A stretch of DNA of 64,000 nucleotides from Octopus vulgaris (Eukaryota): contig OX597833.1 of assembly GCA_951406725.2 (NCBI GenBank), positions 27,466,001 to 27,530,000 on the forward strand, in the 5' to 3' direction. The notes under the pieces were generated by a model. The model searched no databases. It saw nothing but the letters and a program-made list of their open reading frames with translations, and was not told where the DNA came from. The first letter of the stretch is position 1, and the number at the start of each line of letters is the position of its first letter. Shown here in pieces: positions 62,437 through 64,000 of the stretch. A program made the position numbers and the translations under genes.

Positions 62437-63039
62437 TATAGATATATATTTTCATAAACTTGCCTGCACAGTTCATGCTTTCAATCGCCATCAATATTAT
62501 TATTCACTAGTAATATTTCCATATATGATGGAGTCTAGATGATGTATAAGTGTTCAACTTTTGCCAAAAATCCTGCACAAATGATTTGTTTACAGTGATC
62601 AAATGTTCGTGTTACACACCAGCTCACTCTCTCCATCAAATCCATGTTGCCTGAACAGGTGCACTATGTGCCACACGTCAGGTGTGGAAGTGATTGCTGC
62701 AATGAGAAGTGTTTTGCTAAAGAACACAATGCACCACCCAGTCTAGGAATTGAAATCACAATCGCTAGACTGAGAGCAACACCATAACCACTAAGCCATG
62801 CACCCTCACACACACATAATGAGATTCTTTCAGTTTTTGTCTACCAAATCCACTTACAGGGCTTTGGTTGGCCTGGGGTTACAGTAGAAGATATTTGCCC
62901 AAGGTTCCATATAGTGGGATTGAATCCAAAGAAACAAGATTGAGAAGTAAGCTTCTTACCCACACAACCACACCTGCACCTTTTAATACTGGTTTTGATT
63001 TCTTCTTTTTTTGGTATTTAAAATGTAATATATACTATT

Positions 63040-63236
63040 TTAATCCTTTAATATTCAGATTTTCCTACCAAATCTAATTGAATTAAGCATGCAACAGCTT
63101 GTAGCTTCAAGATTTCAATGATGTAACTGTTTATTTTTACAATGACATAGCGGGGTCAGTGTGAGAGGCCAGATTTAGCCAGTTTTAACATAAAACAGGT
63201 TGAATATTTTAGCCAGTTTAAGTGCTAAAGAGTTAA
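63040..63236. mobile_element. piggyBac-like MITE
   Basis: TTAA|TCCTTTAAT...GCTAAAGAG|TTAA; same family as 41969-42197. Confidence 0.7.
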
Positions 63237-64000
63237 TCTAAATCATACAACACCTGTTGTATGATTGCAAACCCCAATGGAAAGTCTTTAACTTTAGATG
63301 TGACCGCTTATACATGATAATCAGAGAACTGATAATTCAAATTGACTTTCAAGTTTTGTTTATTATGCAAGTGTAGAGAGGATGTGATGCAAGAATGATT
63401 CCTTGATATATGTAATAACTATGTGTTTGTAATGTTGAATAATACTACCTTTGATATCCCTACTGATGCATGTATTTGAGGTTCCTGTTTATAGAAGCAA
63501 TAAGTGTTAGTGTCTGTGTATTATCATTGTTTTAACAAGTACTTTTCCATATCTGCATGGGTGGAATTTTGATTTAAGCACTCAATATAACCCTTCAAAA
63601 CTTTTTTCTATTTTTAGGAATTTGCAGAGAATGTTTGTGAGTCTGTGTTCTACACTTGGGAATTCACAAAAAAAAAAAATTATTTTTTTCATTTTTAACC
63701 CCATCACCTCTGTAAATCTTAAAATTTCTACTCTTTTTAAAGTTTTATTTTAAATCAGAGTTTAAAATATAATACGGACAGTCTGAAATTTTTGCTTAAA
63801 TCCAAGCAATGGATTCACCATTGGGTGAATCATCATTCCATTAAATGTATTTGTGTAGTGAAAAATATTGAAGAACATCAATACATGTCAGAGTGACAAA
63901 GAAACGAGAAAGGTAGCAGGTGGTCGTGGGATGTGCTAAAAACATCAGCTAAATCTCTCTTAGATCACACACACACACAAAAAAATTTGTTTTTTCATAA

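Overview
Eukaryotic, AT-rich, repeat-dense genomic DNA, most likely from an octopus (coleoid cephalopod). That assignment is an inference from the SINE families, very long (TA)n/(CA)n microsatellites and single-coding-exon C2H2 zinc-finger genes. Only two host genes are well supported, both C2H2 zinc-finger genes in convergent orientation: 9148-11178 (+, 18 fingers built from a repeated 4-finger module) and 51473-52429 (-, 7 fingers). The main structure is a ~21 kb nest (15391-36401). A small hAT-type MITE has both ends and a near-matching 8-bp target-site duplication (TSD) still visible. Its internal (TA)n tract has been filled by a truncated Penelope copy, a compound Helitron with a PIF1 fragment, a near-complete CR1/L2-group LINE, a Penelope RT+GIY-YIG element and a second Penelope family. 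The LINE has an intact ORF2 and an unusual Myb/SANT + CCCH ORF1. Several minimal hammerhead-ribozyme-like motifs with non-canonical cores (U4C; compensatory U3-A8) lie in the Penelope-type terminal repeats. The LINE 3' end shares a covarying stem-loop with the most abundant SINE in the window. The rest consists of SINEs, piggyBac-like MITEs, decayed Tigger/Tc1/mariner/RTE copies, fold-back palindromes and one 100-N gap. Most long ORFs in the track are microsatellite artefacts. All calls are by eye; repeat boundaries are approximate unless exact termini are quoted.
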